From Vicugna vicugna (lineage: Eukaryota), in assembly GCA_013265495.1 (NCBI GenBank), contig MU058000.1, positions 2,480,001-2,544,000 of the forward strand: a stretch of 64,000 bases of DNA, in the 5' to 3' direction. A program made the translations under genes and the position numbers. The notes below the pieces were generated by a model that saw only the letters and a list, made by a program, of their open reading frames with translations, had not been told where the DNA came from and ran no database searches. Positions 1 to 14,765 of this stretch are shown here, piece by piece (position 1 is the first letter of the stretch; each line of letters starts with the position of its first letter).

Positions 1-380
1 TCTTCTTCATTATAGGTTACAACAAGATATTGAATATAGTTCCCTGTGCTACACAGTAGGAACTTGTTTATCTATTTTATGTATATTAGTATCTGCAAAT
101 CTTAAACTCCTAATGTATCCCTTTCCACCTCCTTTCCCCCTGGTAACCATAAGTTTATTTTCTATGTCTGTGAGTATGCTTCTGTTTTGCAAATAAGTTC
201 ATTTGCCTTTTGTTTTAGATTCTACATGTAAGTGATATCATATGGTATTTTTCTTTCTCTTTCTGGCTTACTTAACTTAGAATGACAATCTCCATGTCCA
301 TCCATGTTGTTTCAAATGGCATTATTTTATTATTTGTTATGGCTGAGTAGTATTTCATTGTATAAATATATCACAACTTC
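1..380 (-). mobile_element. LINE-1 3' end fragment (cetartiodactyl-type L1 3'UTR), runs off the window start
   Basis: Reverse complement of the L1 3' end seen at 10240-10750 and 46620-47060 (tggctgagtagtatttcattgtat, gttccctgtgct, ctggtaaccataagttt). Confidence 0.9.
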
Positions 381-1049
381 TTATTTATACTCACTCTTTA
401 GTTCTGTCTCTTTATCATTCTTCTATTTCCTCATTAAAGAGTTGTTTTTGACATATGTTCACTTTATATTGGGAAGCATGTTATTAAGGCTTTGAAAATT
501 ATACTTTTATTATTCTTATTTTTATAATGAATACTTTGACTTTAAATCTCAAATTATAATTAGACTTTTTAAATTACAATTTATGAAGAAGAGCAATAAT
601 CATTTGTAAAGCCAGGTAGTTCCTATCAACAAGGTAAAAAAAGCAATGAAAAGAGAGAAAGAGCCACTTATATCAAAGGAATCCACTGGATTTAAGGTAT
701 GCCATGCTTGTTTGCAACTGTACATTTGCAAAGCACCAAGTATCCTGACCTCTTTCTATAATAGCTCCATTAACTCAGCGAACTTCATCTATATCCCTTC
801 TTGAGACTTTTCAGATATTTCTAATTTCATCTATTTTTTTCTCTCTTAAAAGAAAGCTACTGTTACTAACTCCTTGGCATAAAGTCACTTTCTGATCCTT
901 CCTCAGGTGGTAAGTAAGTGGTGTAGATTTGGAAAGGGCATAACGAGGGAAAAGAGAGGACAAACTCCTATCAAGAGTTGGTGGGATTGGCTAGTCTGAG
1001 AAATGTCTCACAGGAGCATATCATTGAAGAACATCTGGGGAGGTGATTG

Positions 1050-1290
1050 GGAAGGTGACAAAGATCATCATCAATGGCTCTCAGTCCAACCTGGAGACCT
1101 CTCGCTTTCCAATTTCATGTATCACATGGAGGTTTGCTGGATTAAGGAAGTGGCAGCCTGACCACGAAAGAGCATTTGTATCTGAAAACTCTCTCTGCAT
1201 TAGTTGATGTTGCTCCTCCAGGCTTTGTTAGAGCACTGGGTCCGGTTTCAGGTACTACTTTTGGGGAAAGGAGCCTATGGACACACCTAA
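1050..1290 (+). mobile_element. Possible very old CR1/L3 LINE fragment
   Basis: atcaatggctctcagtccaacctggag and gagcactgggtccggtttcaggtactac resemble recalled CR1/L3 RT-region motifs; highly diverged. Confidence 0.3.
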
Positions 1291-3299
1291 GCGGAAGAAA
1301 ATTAGTCCAGGAAAAAAAATGCTTTAAAAGATTTTAACGGTTTGGATTTTGTTTTGTTTTGTCTTTGTTTGTTGTTGGTTTGTTTTTTGTTTGGGGCTTA
1401 TTAGAGCAAAATGTGAGAAATAATTTAGTTACACTCAGTAAGTAAATAGTAAAGTTATTTTGAACAATAAGGTCGTTTTCCTTGCATCAACAATCACTAG
1501 CTTACCTTGAAAAAGGAATTTTTATAAATTCATGTCATTCGGATTTGGAATGGCATTTGACACTGGAAGGCAATCTCACCTCACATTTCTTCAAAGAAAG
1601 ATAGATTCAGAATGTAGTGACTCATCAAAGGCCACACAATTGGTAAGGAGATGGAGAAGGGGCAGTATATTACAGATATAGGAGCACTGTACTGAATTGG
1701 AAGAAACCTGAACTCCAGAGCTCATTTTGCCTTCAAAATTCCGTATCTCAAATGTCAACAACGACATCAAGACAACTGCTTCAACTCTATGTATTCAGTG
1801 AAGGCAGATCTGGCCTAAGGTTGTCTCTCAATCTTGGTACTGAATATTTTCAAATTCAACAATTCTAACAGACACAGAACAAAGCACTTCCAAGGACCAT
1901 AACTGTGATTGGTTTTATTTGATGCCTTTGGAATAAACTGTGAATATATTCATCATGTTTATGTGTCCCATAGCTCTTGGTTGGAGGTTCAGTTGAGGTG
2001 TACATTAGTAACTAAAATTAATTTCCCTATTCTACTCTGTGACAGCAATTTTGAAGTACTGTAAATTTCAAGACATGTTCATCAACTAAAAGTAATTACT
2101 AATAAGTGGCAGCAAATACTTTATTTTGTGCCTTTAATTAGTAATTGCAAAGCAATGTATTTCCCAGAGTGTCAGATGATAGAAACAAATAGTTCAAATC
2201 ATTTTAAGATTGATTTTTTATTTTTTGTTTCCAATGAAAATTATGAATAAGAATTGAAAAATTATAGTGTGTGATACAACGAAATAGATGTTTCTAGGAA
2301 TGATGTCATTTTAATTGAAAATAAGGAAACTCAACTTGCATTCAATTTCACCAAGCCCCACGATACTACCACATCTCTCAAAAGATTTCAACATCTTTAT
2401 GCTTTAATATTGTATTTCATTTTTTTTTAAATCCAAGTAATCAGAATCTTGTTTTGAAAACAATCCATTCATTACTTGGTATGTGGCTATTTATTACCTC
2501 TCAGTTATGTTTTGCAGTCATGCAATAGAAATGGCAGTAAACAGATCATTTCTCTAGCAATCTGGGGATGAATTATGAAGCTATTGAAAGTGGAGTGGCA
2601 GAATGAACAATTAATGGTTTCCAAAAGTATGTTAGCAAATCTGTGCTAGAAATGGAGGCTTATCTAAAATTCTGTTTGATATATTTGTATTTTGTGTGTG
2701 TGTGTGTGTGTTTTCCCAAGGACATTCACCAAACAAACATAAAGACACTGGAGGTGTGGAAAAAGGTTTAAATGGGCCAATTTTCTTATTTTTCATATAT
2801 AAGTGTTAATAATTGAATTTGATTTGAAACATCAAGAATGAGAAGCTTAGTTATGGAAGTAATTGTTGAACAGTAACAGAATTCACAACACTGTAGTAAC
2901 TGGAGAGGGCAGGGGAGAGGGGAGGAGGAGGAGGAGGTGCTAAGGATACACACAAAAAATCAAGCCTGTATCATGACTTCTAATGACAGAGACTTGATGC
3001 TGATTCTTGACTCTGCCCTTGAAGAAATTACTTTACCTATTTGGTCCTCAATCTCTCATTTATGAACTGAAAATAAGTTACAGAATGTTTGACCCTTCAG
3101 TAATAGACTATTTGTATAATTTTACCTCATTTTTTAAATTCTATAGCTCAGTGATTTATTAAAAAGTATAATAGGAAGAATACAGAACTTAGTTTTTTTT
3201 TAATTGAGGTGATATTTACATAGCATTAATATCCAGAGGTCATGTTTTCGTGAAATGCAGTTCATTTACAAGAGGGTTGACTTTTTTTTTTAAAAAAAT

Positions 3300-4480
3300 T
3301 AATACTTTGTTTTTTAGAGATATTTTAGATTTAGAAATCTTTAGCAAAAGTATAGGGTTCCCATTTACCAACCCATCCTCATATTTTCCTTTATTATAAA
3401 TATCTCGCACTAATGTGGTACATTACAGTTGATGAACCAATATTGACACGTTACTGTTAACAAAATCTGTAGTTTACATTAGGGTAAACTCTTAGTGTTA
3501 TACATTCTGTGAGTTCTAAAAAATGTATATAGTATGTATCCATCATTATAGTAACATAAAGAATAGTTTCACCACCCTAAAAACACCCTGTGTCCTGCCT
3601 ACTAACCCTTTCCCCAGCCCTCCAACCACTGGCAGCCACAGATCGTTTTATTATCTCCATAATTTTGCCTTTTCCAGAATATCATATAGTTAGAATAACA
3701 TAGTAACAACCTTTCCAGATTGGTTTCCTTAACTTAGCAATATGCATTTAAAGTTCTTCCTTGTCTTTTCACAGCTTGATAACTCCTCTTTATCCCTGGA
3801 TAATAATAATATAGATTTATCAGTTTGTTTATCCATGACCATTGAAGGACATTTGGGTTGCTTATCAGTTTTGGCTGTTATGAATAAAATAGTTATAGCA
3901 TTTGCGTGCAGGTTTTTGGGTTGACTTAAGTTTTCAAATCATTTGGGTAAGTCTAAGCACAATTGCTGACAACCTTTTAAACTGAGTATACTCTCAATGT
4001 TATGCAGCCACCACATCTATCCAGTTCCAACATATTTTCATCATCTGAAAATAAAACCCTGTGCCTCTTAAGCAATCACTCCCCATTCTCTTCTTCCGCC
4101 AGCTCCTGAAAGGTAGTATAATACCTTTATCAGATGAATGACGTGCAATATTCTCTCCCATTCTGTAAGTTATTTCCCTTTCTTGGTAATGTCCTTTGAT
4201 GCACAAAATTTTTAATTTCAATAAAGTCTAATTTATCTAATTTTTATTTTATTGACTGTGCTTTTAGTGTCATATTAAGATACCATTCCAAATCCAAGAT
4301 CACAAAAATCTACACCTGTATTTTTGTCTAAGAATGTTATGGGTTTAACTGTTATATTTAAATTTATGATCCACTTTGAGTTAATTCTTTGCATGAGTGA
4401 AATGGGATTCCAACTTTCTTCTTTTGTATGTGAATATTCAGTTGTCCTACTATGATTTGTTGAAAAGACTATTTTCTTTT
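3300..4480 (-). mobile_element. Old L1M (L1MB/L1MC-like) 3' and ORF2-end fragments
   Basis: Typical antisense L1M blocks: ttgatgaaccaatattgacac, ttttgccttttccagaat, gaaggacatttgggttg, tgatccactttgagttaatt, ttgttgaaaagactatt. Confidence 0.8.
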
Positions 4481-7400
4481 TTTCTTTTTCATAATATTTA
4501 TCTAGTACTTCTCAAATGATAAGAATATAATTCTTTATATATATCTTACATGTTGTAGTTTCCACTAATTTTTATAAATGTTTAATTTTTAGATGCTAAT
4601 TTTGCTGAAAATTTTTCAAACTAGTATCTTCCATTTTCTAACTATGAAGACCAGCCACATTGAGATGGATTTTAGCAGAGTTTTAATGTGAGATAGTATG
4701 TATGTCTATGTGTGTAGTTCAAACTCTTCAGAATTACTCTGTGTAGATATCAAACTTAACTCATGTCAAGACTGAGTGTGGTAGAGTTGTTTGTTTGTTA
4801 TGCTTACATCCCTAGGTGCAATAGAATTAGTGAGGAAAATGTAAGGTTGTGTGATGAGATTACGTCTGGTGCAGCTGCACCCACAGAAACTCCCCCAAAC
4901 CCAAGAATCTGCACGTTATCATTTGTTTGATTTCAACAAATGGTAGCAAAATTTACTCAGAGTGAAATCCTAGTAATCATCCCCAGAAACCCGAAGATGA
5001 GTGGTGTCAGTCCCAGTCTTCCTTTACCTGATGACTTTCCAGTACTGCTGATTACACTGCTGACATTTCTTCATTAAACAATTATCATGATGAACCAGAA
5101 TATAAAATTCAGTAACTTAATTTCAGACGAAACTGTATTAAATGAGGAAGTCCCTTTTTATAAGTAGTCTTGAAATTCTTGTCTCTTAGATTCAAGCATG
5201 ATATTTTTCTTTTATTTATCATATTGACCACTTAAAGAACTAGCTTCAGTATTTATGTGGCAGGAGGCATCTCCTACCCAGCAAACACATCTATACATTT
5301 TGATCCATGACTATCACTTCTAGAAACATCCTTAAAAAGTAACTGGACAAGTGCATAAAGATACATATGGTTTTCTTCAATGTATTGCTTATATGAGTGA
5401 AAAACTGAAAATGACATGAATATATAATAGTAATAGATGGTTAAGAAATTTAAAGGAAAAAATAACATGTAACAATTACAAATGACGACAAATATCTTTG
5501 CTTAACATGCGTTACTGACTACGATATATTGTTATGTAAATAAAGAAGTTTACAGACAATATGTAGAAGGGAACTATATTTGCAAAGTATTTCACAGGTA
5601 TATAATACATGTTTTTGATAAAGTTATAGAGATACATATTTATTTTCTTCTTGTTTGTGGGTTATGGTAATTTGAATTATTATATTCCTTTCAGGCCATA
5701 CTTTTTTTCTATTTATAGGTAATAAAGTGTACATTGAAAAGAATGTAGCTAACAATACTTTTTTTCCCTCTAGAGTGCTATGAATAGGCCAGTGTTCATT
5801 GTGCAATATAATAGAGTTACCACAACTGGACACTTTCAAGAGGCGTGTTGGTAGTATATCACAGCTAAGGATAAAAAACAAAATACAAAAACATAAAGAA
5901 ATTCAGGCAAAGATGACTTAAAGACACAATTTTAGCTTAGACAGAATGCCAGGACAATGACTACCACACTGAGTGATGTCTAGTGATGCAAAAGGCCACA
6001 AGTCACCAGAAACCTGTACATGGTAATAAAGAGATGCATTCCTAAGGAGTTTCTATCAGGCATTTAATTTTTCATCCAAATTTTCTGCCTGCACTTAGCC
6101 ATAGGGGCAGAAATTAGCCTGCTGGTAATTGTACTTGTAATGGGTTTCCTAAGTAATAATTATGTTACTTTTTCCCATAAAATGAAGGGACTTTTTTCCA
6201 ATTGTATGTGCAAGAACCTCATTATGAGGTCCACTATTTTCAGCCTCAATTTGACAAGTGCAAAAGATTTGAGGGTCAAAATGATGAATGTGTAAAGGGC
6301 AAACTCTAAGAATGTATTCATTCCAGATATCCATTGCTGCTGCATTATGAACTATCCAAACTTAGAAGACTTAGAACCTTAAACAACAACTATTTACTAA
6401 ATATTAGAATTACGTGGCTCAGGAATCTCCCAGAAATCAGCTGTCTAATCCTTCTGCCCCACATGACATTGACAGTGGTTGCTTGGTTTTATCTAGTTTG
6501 TGAATGGACCTGGCCATGCTTTACTTGCATATCTGTCACCTTGATGGAGTTATCATTTTGGAAGTATCAATAATAGAAACTTAGAAATTGAGGAGAATGT
6601 AAAAAGCTGTCTAGTCAAGTAACCTAATTTTTATAGTTGATTTAGTTGTAAAGTCCAGAAAAAAGCACTAACATGGTACATTCTATGGAGTATTTCAGAG
6701 TATTGAAGCTTTCATCAGAAATTGTAACTTTTCCCAACTCCACCAGTCACCTTAAATTTCCTAATGTATTTGTAATTTTGAAAGTAGCTTTCATTTTTGT
6801 CCTCAAAAGAAAGAAAAGAAGTTTATCAATACCTGTGAAAACCATTTCTTTAGAAAGGCTATTTTCCAAGAACTCATATACTGATCCACCTTTTGTAATA
6901 CATCCTGAAAACATTTTGGTTGAAAATGCTAAATAAATAAATCATCAATTATGAATTGCACATTAAGATATAAAGTACATTCAGAAGTAATTTGAACCAG
7001 ACATGGCAAATCTAGACAATTTTCCTTAAGAAAAGACAATGAAATTTGGCTTGAAAAGGAAAAATTATAGCCTGTCAACTGAAGTTGTTGAAAACCAAAA
7101 TCATTTAACCAAGACAGAGAGATCTTTCCATAATAAACAAAGCATGACAATGCTTTGTTTTTATAGCTCAGTAAAAACCCAAATCCACCAGGGAATAAAA
7201 CAGGACCTGAAAACTGGTTTAGAGTTTCAATTTTGCAGTGTTATTTCTGTAAATAATTTATAGCTCCAATATTTACATATCTGCATGTTTTTATGTTATA
7301 ATTTGAAAGTATAAGAGATACTGTCTCAATTTTCTCAGCACATCATTCCCAGGCTCTTTCTGGACTAGCATTTTATCTTTGCCCCAAAGCAGTGATCCTA

Positions 7401-7999
7401 GCCTAACCACCTGGGGCCACACAATTTACCTTCAATAACTTTGGGGAGTATTGTAAAATCTTTGCTCAATCTGGACCATCAGTCCAAAAGGAAATTATAT
7501 CTGTTTGCTTGTAAGAGCCTTGCTTCTTCTTAAAAGATCATCTTAAAAATCTCTCTCCCTGCAGACTTCCCTTAAGCACCCTCCTTTACTAGAATTCCTG
7601 CTTTCTTTGTATACCAACATTACCATTTAGCAGATGCTTCAGCAGGCCTTGAACTCATAGAGGGTGAGACAGTCACCTTCATCTTGTAACCAAACAGGGT
7701 ACTTAGCACTGTGTATTTCTCATCATAGATTCTCAATAAGTACCTACTGAGGAGGATACAAAAGAAGACAGGAACAGAAAAGGAGGAAGAAAAAGAAAGT
7801 ATAAACACAAAATGAAAAATGAAACACAGACTCTAAAAACAAGATATAAGGGAAAATTAAAACTAGTATCAGAAATAGCTTATGTTATGTGCAGGACTGG
7901 GCAGCTATGAAGTCTTCAGACTATGATTACTGGCAGGACAGGCGCCATGCTGTTTTGCTCAGTGTCTTCTCCCGAGTTCCTGGAAGATGACAGTTTAAG

Positions 8000-8394
8000 G
8001 AAGTTGAGAAGTCCCAAATCTGCAGTTGGCAAGCTGGAGACTCACAAGAGCTGATGGCTTAGTTCCAGTACAAGCCAGCAGGCTTTAGACCTAAGGAGAG
8101 CCAATGTTTTAGTCTGCGTCTGAAGACAGAAAACATCTAATGTCTCAGCTCAAGCTGTCAGGGAGGTGGAGTTTTCTTTTACTCTCAGGAGTGTCAGCCT
8201 TTACGTTCTATTCAGGCCTTCAGCTTATTGGATGAGTGCTACCGTATTACGGAGGGCAATTGTCTTTATTCGGTCTACCGAATCAGATGTTAATTTCCAA
8301 AAACACCCTCACAGAACACCCAGATTAATGTTTTTCCAAATATCTGGGCACTCCATGGTCCAGTCAAATTAACACATAAAATTAACAATTACCA
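8000..8394 (-). mobile_element. MLT2-family LTR (3' LTR of the ERVL provirus), partial
   Basis: gagaagtcccaaatctgcagttggcaagctggagac ... aaaacaccctcacagaacacccaga ... cagtcaaattaacacataaaattaac matches the MLT2 consensus; a PPT-like sequence (agttgacaagaggtg on minus) abuts it. Confidence 0.85.
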
Positions 8395-11300
8395 GAACAC
8401 CTCTTGTCAACTATCCAGCCACATGCATCTCCTTAAACCACGCCTAATCTCCAAATGAAGATAATAACAAGGCTATAATTCTGCCTAACATGATACAGCT
8501 ATTCTGCATGCAACTGAAAATGCCTCAGGAGAAGAAAAAGTCCTTGAGTGATGTTTATACTTCTCTTTAATATCCTGTAGCTTAACTACTATGACATAAA
8601 GTTAATATATCTTCTGTGTTGAGGGAATGAGAGAAAATAAAAAAGGATATTACATTTACATACACATACACACCCACACAGAATGCAGAGGAAGTACTCG
8701 TGACCATTACAGTCCTCCTGTCTATGATTTGTCATGTGATTATAGCTGGCATTTATAACCACCTTCTCTGACACCCGACACCAATGATATGTTCCCTTTA
8801 CCTTCATCAGGCACCTCAGCTGACCATAGTTCTTTCCCTTGTTGTGACTCAAATCTTAATTCCTTAAGAATCTTGGCCATTCGTACTCCTGTCTTGATTG
8901 AGTTGTTGAAGTTTTATATTGACTTTAATGACAGGGCATGGTACTATGAAGAAACACTCTAATGGATTCTGTATTCCAGATATACTCATCCTATTGCAGA
9001 CTAGTAGACCAACTTGCCCTTGGAAGTCAGAAACAATCATCTCATCTAGTAACTAACTTATTTCCCTGTTGATTCAGAGGCATTTGGGGCCCAAAGTGGC
9101 TAGGAGGCAATCTTAACTTCCTGTTTAATGGAATTACCGTTACAACACCTGGCAGAAGTATTCTGCGTGTGTAGGGAAGGCAAATCCTTATCGAGAGTAA
9201 GCACAAAATGCTGACCCTTCCATGATGGCAGATGTCCTGTGTAATCAACCTGCCATGTGAGTTGATAACTCCAGGGGATGGTGCCAAATTGAGGACGCAG
9301 TGTTGGCCACTACAACTGGCAGATTGGCTATTCAGCAGTGGACGTAGCCAAGTCAGCTTTGATGAGGCGAAGACCATGGGCTGAGCTCTTGCATCATCTC
9401 CATGGCCCACTACCATCGTCACTTTGTTCATTGCCTATTGGGTGACGACATGAGTGACTGGGTAACAAGGCTGACAGATATCTACAGAATGGTTCATCCA
9501 ATCTAATTTACCTGAATATTAAAATCCTCCTCTGCTGAGGTCACTGTTAAGTGACCATTCAAATAGGACACAAATATCTTCACATTTTTTGCCCATTCAG
9601 AGAGGTCTACCCACATACTTTTCTCCAAATTACCTTATCACTAGTTTTCTAATGCTACGTTGCTTCTGAGATCCTGACCATCCAGCCAAACCATCTCATA
9701 GCCCATGAATCATTATTTAATCACACAGTTGGCCATTTCTTCTTTCAAGCAAAGTGAACAATTAGGTACACTGATGGAAATTTTGCCCACTAGGAGGACT
9801 TTTCTTCTCCACCCTCCTTTAGGGATATCCCAAAAAGGAGCTGTCGTGCTACAATTGTCCACTTCTGGGTGGTTCCTGTGTAAGGTACAGAGCTATCTAT
9901 AAAACAGTCCTGAGCCTTCTCTTCTTTGACAGGTGACCATAGGAAACTCCCCAAAGAAGCTATAGTACTGGGAGAGAAAGGCAGTGTAGCAGGAGGAAGA
10001 ACTATGGGCATTTGGGCTACTTTTTCATGTAACTTACCTCTGCCTTCAGGACCTGCTCAGGCCTGATTACATATATACCTCTACCATTTGATGTTGAAGT
10101 GCTGCTGTGCATGCCCGATATTATGGCCTGGAGATAACACCCAGTTCAGGATGGACAGCTCAGATCTCATGGTAACCTGGTGACACATAGTTAAGCATTC
10201 AGTCTCTACTAAGGCAGGCAAAGAGCTGTTTCTCATGTTATACAATGGAATACTACTCAGCCATAACAAAGAATAAAGTAATGCCATTTGCAGCAACATG
10301 GATGAAACTGGAGAACATCATTCTAAGTGAAAGAAGCCAGAAAGATAAAGAAAAATATCATATGATATCACTAATATGTGGAATATAAAAAATAAAGAAA
10401 AAAAGACACAATAAACTTACTTACAAAACAGAAACAGACTCACAGACATAGAAAACAAACTTTTGGTTACCAGGGAGGAAAGAAAATGGGAAAGGATAAA
10501 TTGGCAGTTTGAGATTTGCAGATGCTAACTACTATATATATAAAATAGGTAAACAACAAGTATCTTCTGTATAACACTGGGAACAGTATTTAATATCCTG
10601 TAGAAACTTATAATGAAAAAAGAATATGAAAAGGGATATATGTGTGTATATGTATGACTGAAACATTATGCTGTACACCAGAAATTGGCACAACATTGTA
10701 AACTGACCATGTCTTAATAAAAAAAAGTTTAAAAAATAAAAAATAAAAAAGGCAGTAGTTATGTGCAGAAAATGACAGTTCTCCAAAATCCTAACTACTC
10801 ATACTTAAAATTCACATCCAGAAGCCTTCCCAAGGCTCTGAACAGCATCTTTATCTGCCACTGTCATTTTGAGCACCACTAGATCTGCTGGATCATGTGA
10901 TTCAAGAGACAAGCAGCTTGAGCAGAGCCTTCGCTTGTTCTGGCACCCACTTACAAATGGCAGCTTTTCAGGTTATTTAGTAAATGGGCTAGAGTAACAC
11001 CTCAGATGAGAAATATGTTGTCTTCTAAATCCAGAGGAGCTCTACCTTCACTTAGAAGGATGATCTCCAGGTTCATCCGTGTTGCTGCTGGGGGCTATGC
11101 ATCTTTTTTGCTTGTAGGAAGGGGACAATGCAACTACTTATTCTTCACCTTAGAAGGGATATTTTGACATGCCTGACTGATCTTGAATGAGGTAGAAAGC
11201 CTCTGAATTTTAGTCAGATTTATTTCCCACCCTCTGATATACAAACATCTTACCAATATGTCTAGAGTAGTTGCTACTTCTCACTCACTAATCCAATCTG

Positions 11301-12990
11301 CACGATGCTATCAACATAGTGGACTAGTGTGATATCTTGTAAGAAAGGTGACCAAGGTTTCTGTGAAATAAATTGTGACACAGGGCTGGAAGTCTGTACA
11401 CCCCTGAGACGGAGCAGTGAAAGTGTATTGTTGGTCTTTCTAGGGGAAAGCAGACCGTGTTCGGTAGTCCTCATTGACAGGAATGGAGAAAAAGGTATTT
11501 TCCAGATCAATAGCTGCGTACTAAGTACCAGAGGATCTGTTAATTCACTCAAGCAATAAAATCACATCTGGTAATGGCAGCTGCAATTGCATACAGCACC
11601 TGGTTAAGTCTGTGATAATCCACTGCCACTCTTCAATACCTATCTGTCTTCATCACAGACCAAAGAGAACAGTTGAGTGAGGATATGGTGAAGTCTCTAC
11701 TCCTGCATCTTCCAAGTCCTTCGTGGTGGCAATAATTTCTAGTCACCCCAGGGATGTGATATTGTTTTTGATTTACAATTCTCCTAGGCAGAGTCACTTC
11801 TAGTGGCTTCCATTTGCCTTTTCTTACCATAGTAGTCTTCATTCTCCAGGCCATAGACTCAATGCTGTGGCTGCTGAGCGTGTCTATTCCAATAACACAT
11901 TCCAGAACTGGATAAATAACCACAGGCCATACTCATGGACCCACTGAACCCACTGTGAGATAACCCGTGCTACAACTCCGTTTTGCCTGATCTTCATAAG
12001 CCCCCGGCTTTGGTCGGTGAACCAGGATGCCATTTTGGGTTCCTAGAATTAGCGTCAGTTCAGAGCCAGTATCCTGTAATCCTCCCACATTCTGATTATA
12101 TCCTTTCCCTCAATGCACCATTACACTAGTGAAAACTGAATGTCCCTTTGGGGAATGACAGGAGAACAATTAACAGCAGAAATCTGGGGCAGTATTTCAG
12201 GGTTCTTCCTCAAGGGGACCTGGCCTCCCCCTCATTCAAGTGATTCTGGGTGTATAAACTGGCTCAAGTCTGGAAATAGATGGAGGCACCATGACTCTGT
12301 TTTTATGACTCAGATCGGAATTTTTTTCTTCTTGGCTTAGAACTTCTGCTTACATAGACCAAGTATGATTTAGTAGGCTTCCTATGTGTCTCACTTCTAC
12401 AAATATCGAGATCAACTGACCAGTGCTATAGATCTGCATGAGTCGGACCGTTCTGATTGTTGCATTGGCTCTGCTGCCCATTATGCTAAACCAAGCCCGC
12501 CTTGCCGTTGGTGGCTGAGTGTCTCCAGTTGACTCCTGCTCCCCCCAAATCCAATTATTCCTATTGCATTCACATTTCTCATTTCAGTGACTATTTTCCC
12601 CACTGCAAGTTCTGGCCTGTAGCGAGGAGTGGTTACAGAGATCTTCCAGAATGCCAGGACTCCCTCACAAACTTACTTCTCACAGTGGTGTGAGGTATGT
12701 TTCCTGGACCCTCTCAGTTAGGTGGGGTGAGTCTGAAATGACAACTCCTCTCCAACCTTTCAATCTCCCTATTCCTTTGAATCCCTTACACTGCATTAAA
12801 CCAAAACAGGCCTGGAATTTCCAGCTCACTTGCTATGGGCCACCTTTTGGGCTGTGTTTTAGGTAAACAAACAACATTTGGAGCATTTTCCAACTCCTAG
12901 CACTACAACATTAAATACAGAATCTGTGTCTAGTGAGCCCCTATTAATAACCTTGGCTTGCTTCAGCTTTATGTCTCTTCCACCATTATG
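8395..12990 (-). mobile_element. Degenerate ERVL internal region (gag, protease, RT, RNase H/integrase, dUTPase remnants), interrupted by an L1
   Basis: Minus-strand ORF pieces: LVHYVDSIVQIG (ERVL RT LVHYIDDIMLIG-like, 11274-11552); VIYPVLECVIGIDTLSS...KWKPLE...VNQKQYHIPG (protease/RT start, 11633-11923); VIPLNRKLRLPPSHFG (dUTPase, 9042-9431). Many stops, frameshifts and deletions; no env, no second LTR seen. Confidence 0.9.
10238..10750 (+). mobile_element. 5'-truncated L1 3' end with A-rich tail, nested in ERVL pol
   Basis: tacaatggaatactactcagccataa...gcagcaacatggatgaa...acattgtaaactgac followed by aataaa and an A-rich tail; ERVL sequence resumes on both sides. Confidence 0.92.
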
Positions 12991-14361
12991 GTCCTGTTTT
13001 ATTCATTTAGAAGTAAACTTTGCTCTATGAACGTTATTGCTCCTCATTTTACCAAAACTTGGACCTGGGATATCAAAGGCACTTAGCAGATATTTATTGA
13101 TAGAGAAATTAATAAATGAATGTTTTATGAATCTGTTTAGAATTTTAAACAGAGGTACTATTATATTTGAGTTGAGTTATTGTTTCTATTACTAGAATCA
13201 GAACTGAAGGTGAGGGTAAAAACAGAAGGATGTGACTAAGAGTTATTAACTCAAGCAAGGTAGATGTTTGAGAAACAGTTAACTCAGCCAGATCAGACTG
13301 GTGGCTGGTTCTTGGGCCTTTTCTAGTGGGGCGTGCTGACTTAAGACTTGGAGTAAATAACAGCAAGCTTGAGAAAGGTCAAAATTTAACAGCTGGCTGC
13401 AGGGTCTCAAGGTAAGAGTAAGATCAGGGCCTAGACTGACCCTGTGATTAGCCTCTAGTCTAGAGAACACGAAGGCAGATACAGCAGGAAAAAGGAATAT
13501 AGGAACAGAGAACAGAATTTAGTGCAGCTCATCTCTGTAGCCTAGGAACCCAAACTTTCTAGCTCACAGTGTGTCATTCAGAGGAAGGATAAAGAAAACG
13601 TAAAGTCACTTACTTCTTTGTAAATTTATTTTTCAAATTTATTAAGCTTTTGGTAAGTAATCAGATCCGGTATAGAACAGAAAGTTACTAATCTACCTAA
13701 CTTTGATTCCCAAAGCCAATTCACTGTCTTTACTTTAGGTCACTTAAACACAAAGAAGCTATGGGCAGAGGAAAATAGCTAATATTTTTACTTTATTCAC
13801 ATTATGCTTCTCATGTATCACGAAACTGGCAGTCCAAGAAAGGCTGGAAGCCAAAGCTCAAATGCATCTTGCATTCTGGAATTTGGCTTCAGATTTTCCA
13901 GAGCAAGAGCAAAAACCCTATGTGTGTAGGGTTTAAATGAGTGCACCTGTGCATGCACACAGGCATATAAATGTAGGTGAAGACCCAGGACTCTCTTTGC
14001 ATTTTAATAGCTTATTTTTGGAATAATAAAAAGAGGCACTTTTGCCCAAGATAAAAAGAAAAAGTGGTGGGGCCCCAGCGGCTCTTTCCTCAAGACACAT
14101 TTCTCTTTAGGATGAAGTCTAGAAAATGAATGGGGACAACCATGGCCTATGTGCTGATCTGCTCCAGTTTGTAACTTTATTGATCTTTGACTGCAGGTAA
14201 TTACTTGAAAATGTGTTAACAGGCACAAACGGTGACAGGAAAGAGAAGGAACAATGTTTATCATGTGGTCCAGAGTCCACAGACATCACAGCTTCAACTG
14301 AGAGAAAAACCCCCAAGACAGCCCACAATTCTTTAGTGGAAAAGAACAGAGATTTTTTAAG

Positions 14362-14580
14362 GCCAATTTTTTCAACCTCAACACTATTGGCCTTTTGAAA
14401 CAGATAATTCTTTGTTGTGAGGACATTCCTGTGCATGATAAGATGTTCAGGCATCCCTGGTCTACCCATTAGACACCAATAATAGGTCGCCCCCACCCCC
14501 AAGTCTTGGTAAGCATACATTTCTCTGGATTGGCAAAATACCCAGAAGATCAGAATCATTCTCCCTTCCCTAACAACTGC
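14362..14580. mobile_element. MER20 (hAT-Charlie MITE)
   Basis: ttcaacctcaacactattggccttttgaaacagataattctttgttgtgagg...gcatccctggtctacccattaga matches the MER20 consensus. Confidence 0.8.
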
Positions 14581-14611
14581 TTAAGTGTTTTAAGAGAGGA
14601 GGAAACAAAAG

Positions 14612-14765
14612 CACAGTTATCCCTCTGTATCTGCAAATGTGGAACCCACAGTGATGGAGGGCTTACTGTACTGTGCCACTTCATGTAAGGGGCATGGGCA
14701 TCCTTGGATTTTGACATCCAGGAGGGCCCTGGAACCAATCACCAATGGCTACCAAGGAAACTCAA
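14612..14765. mobile_element. MER2-like (TcMar-Tigger) MITE fragment
   Basis: cagttatccctctgtatct...gcatccttggattttgacatccaggagggccctggaaccaatc. Confidence 0.65.

Noticed and set aside
14119..14559. 146-aa minus ORF
   Set aside because: Largely inside MER20; chance frame.
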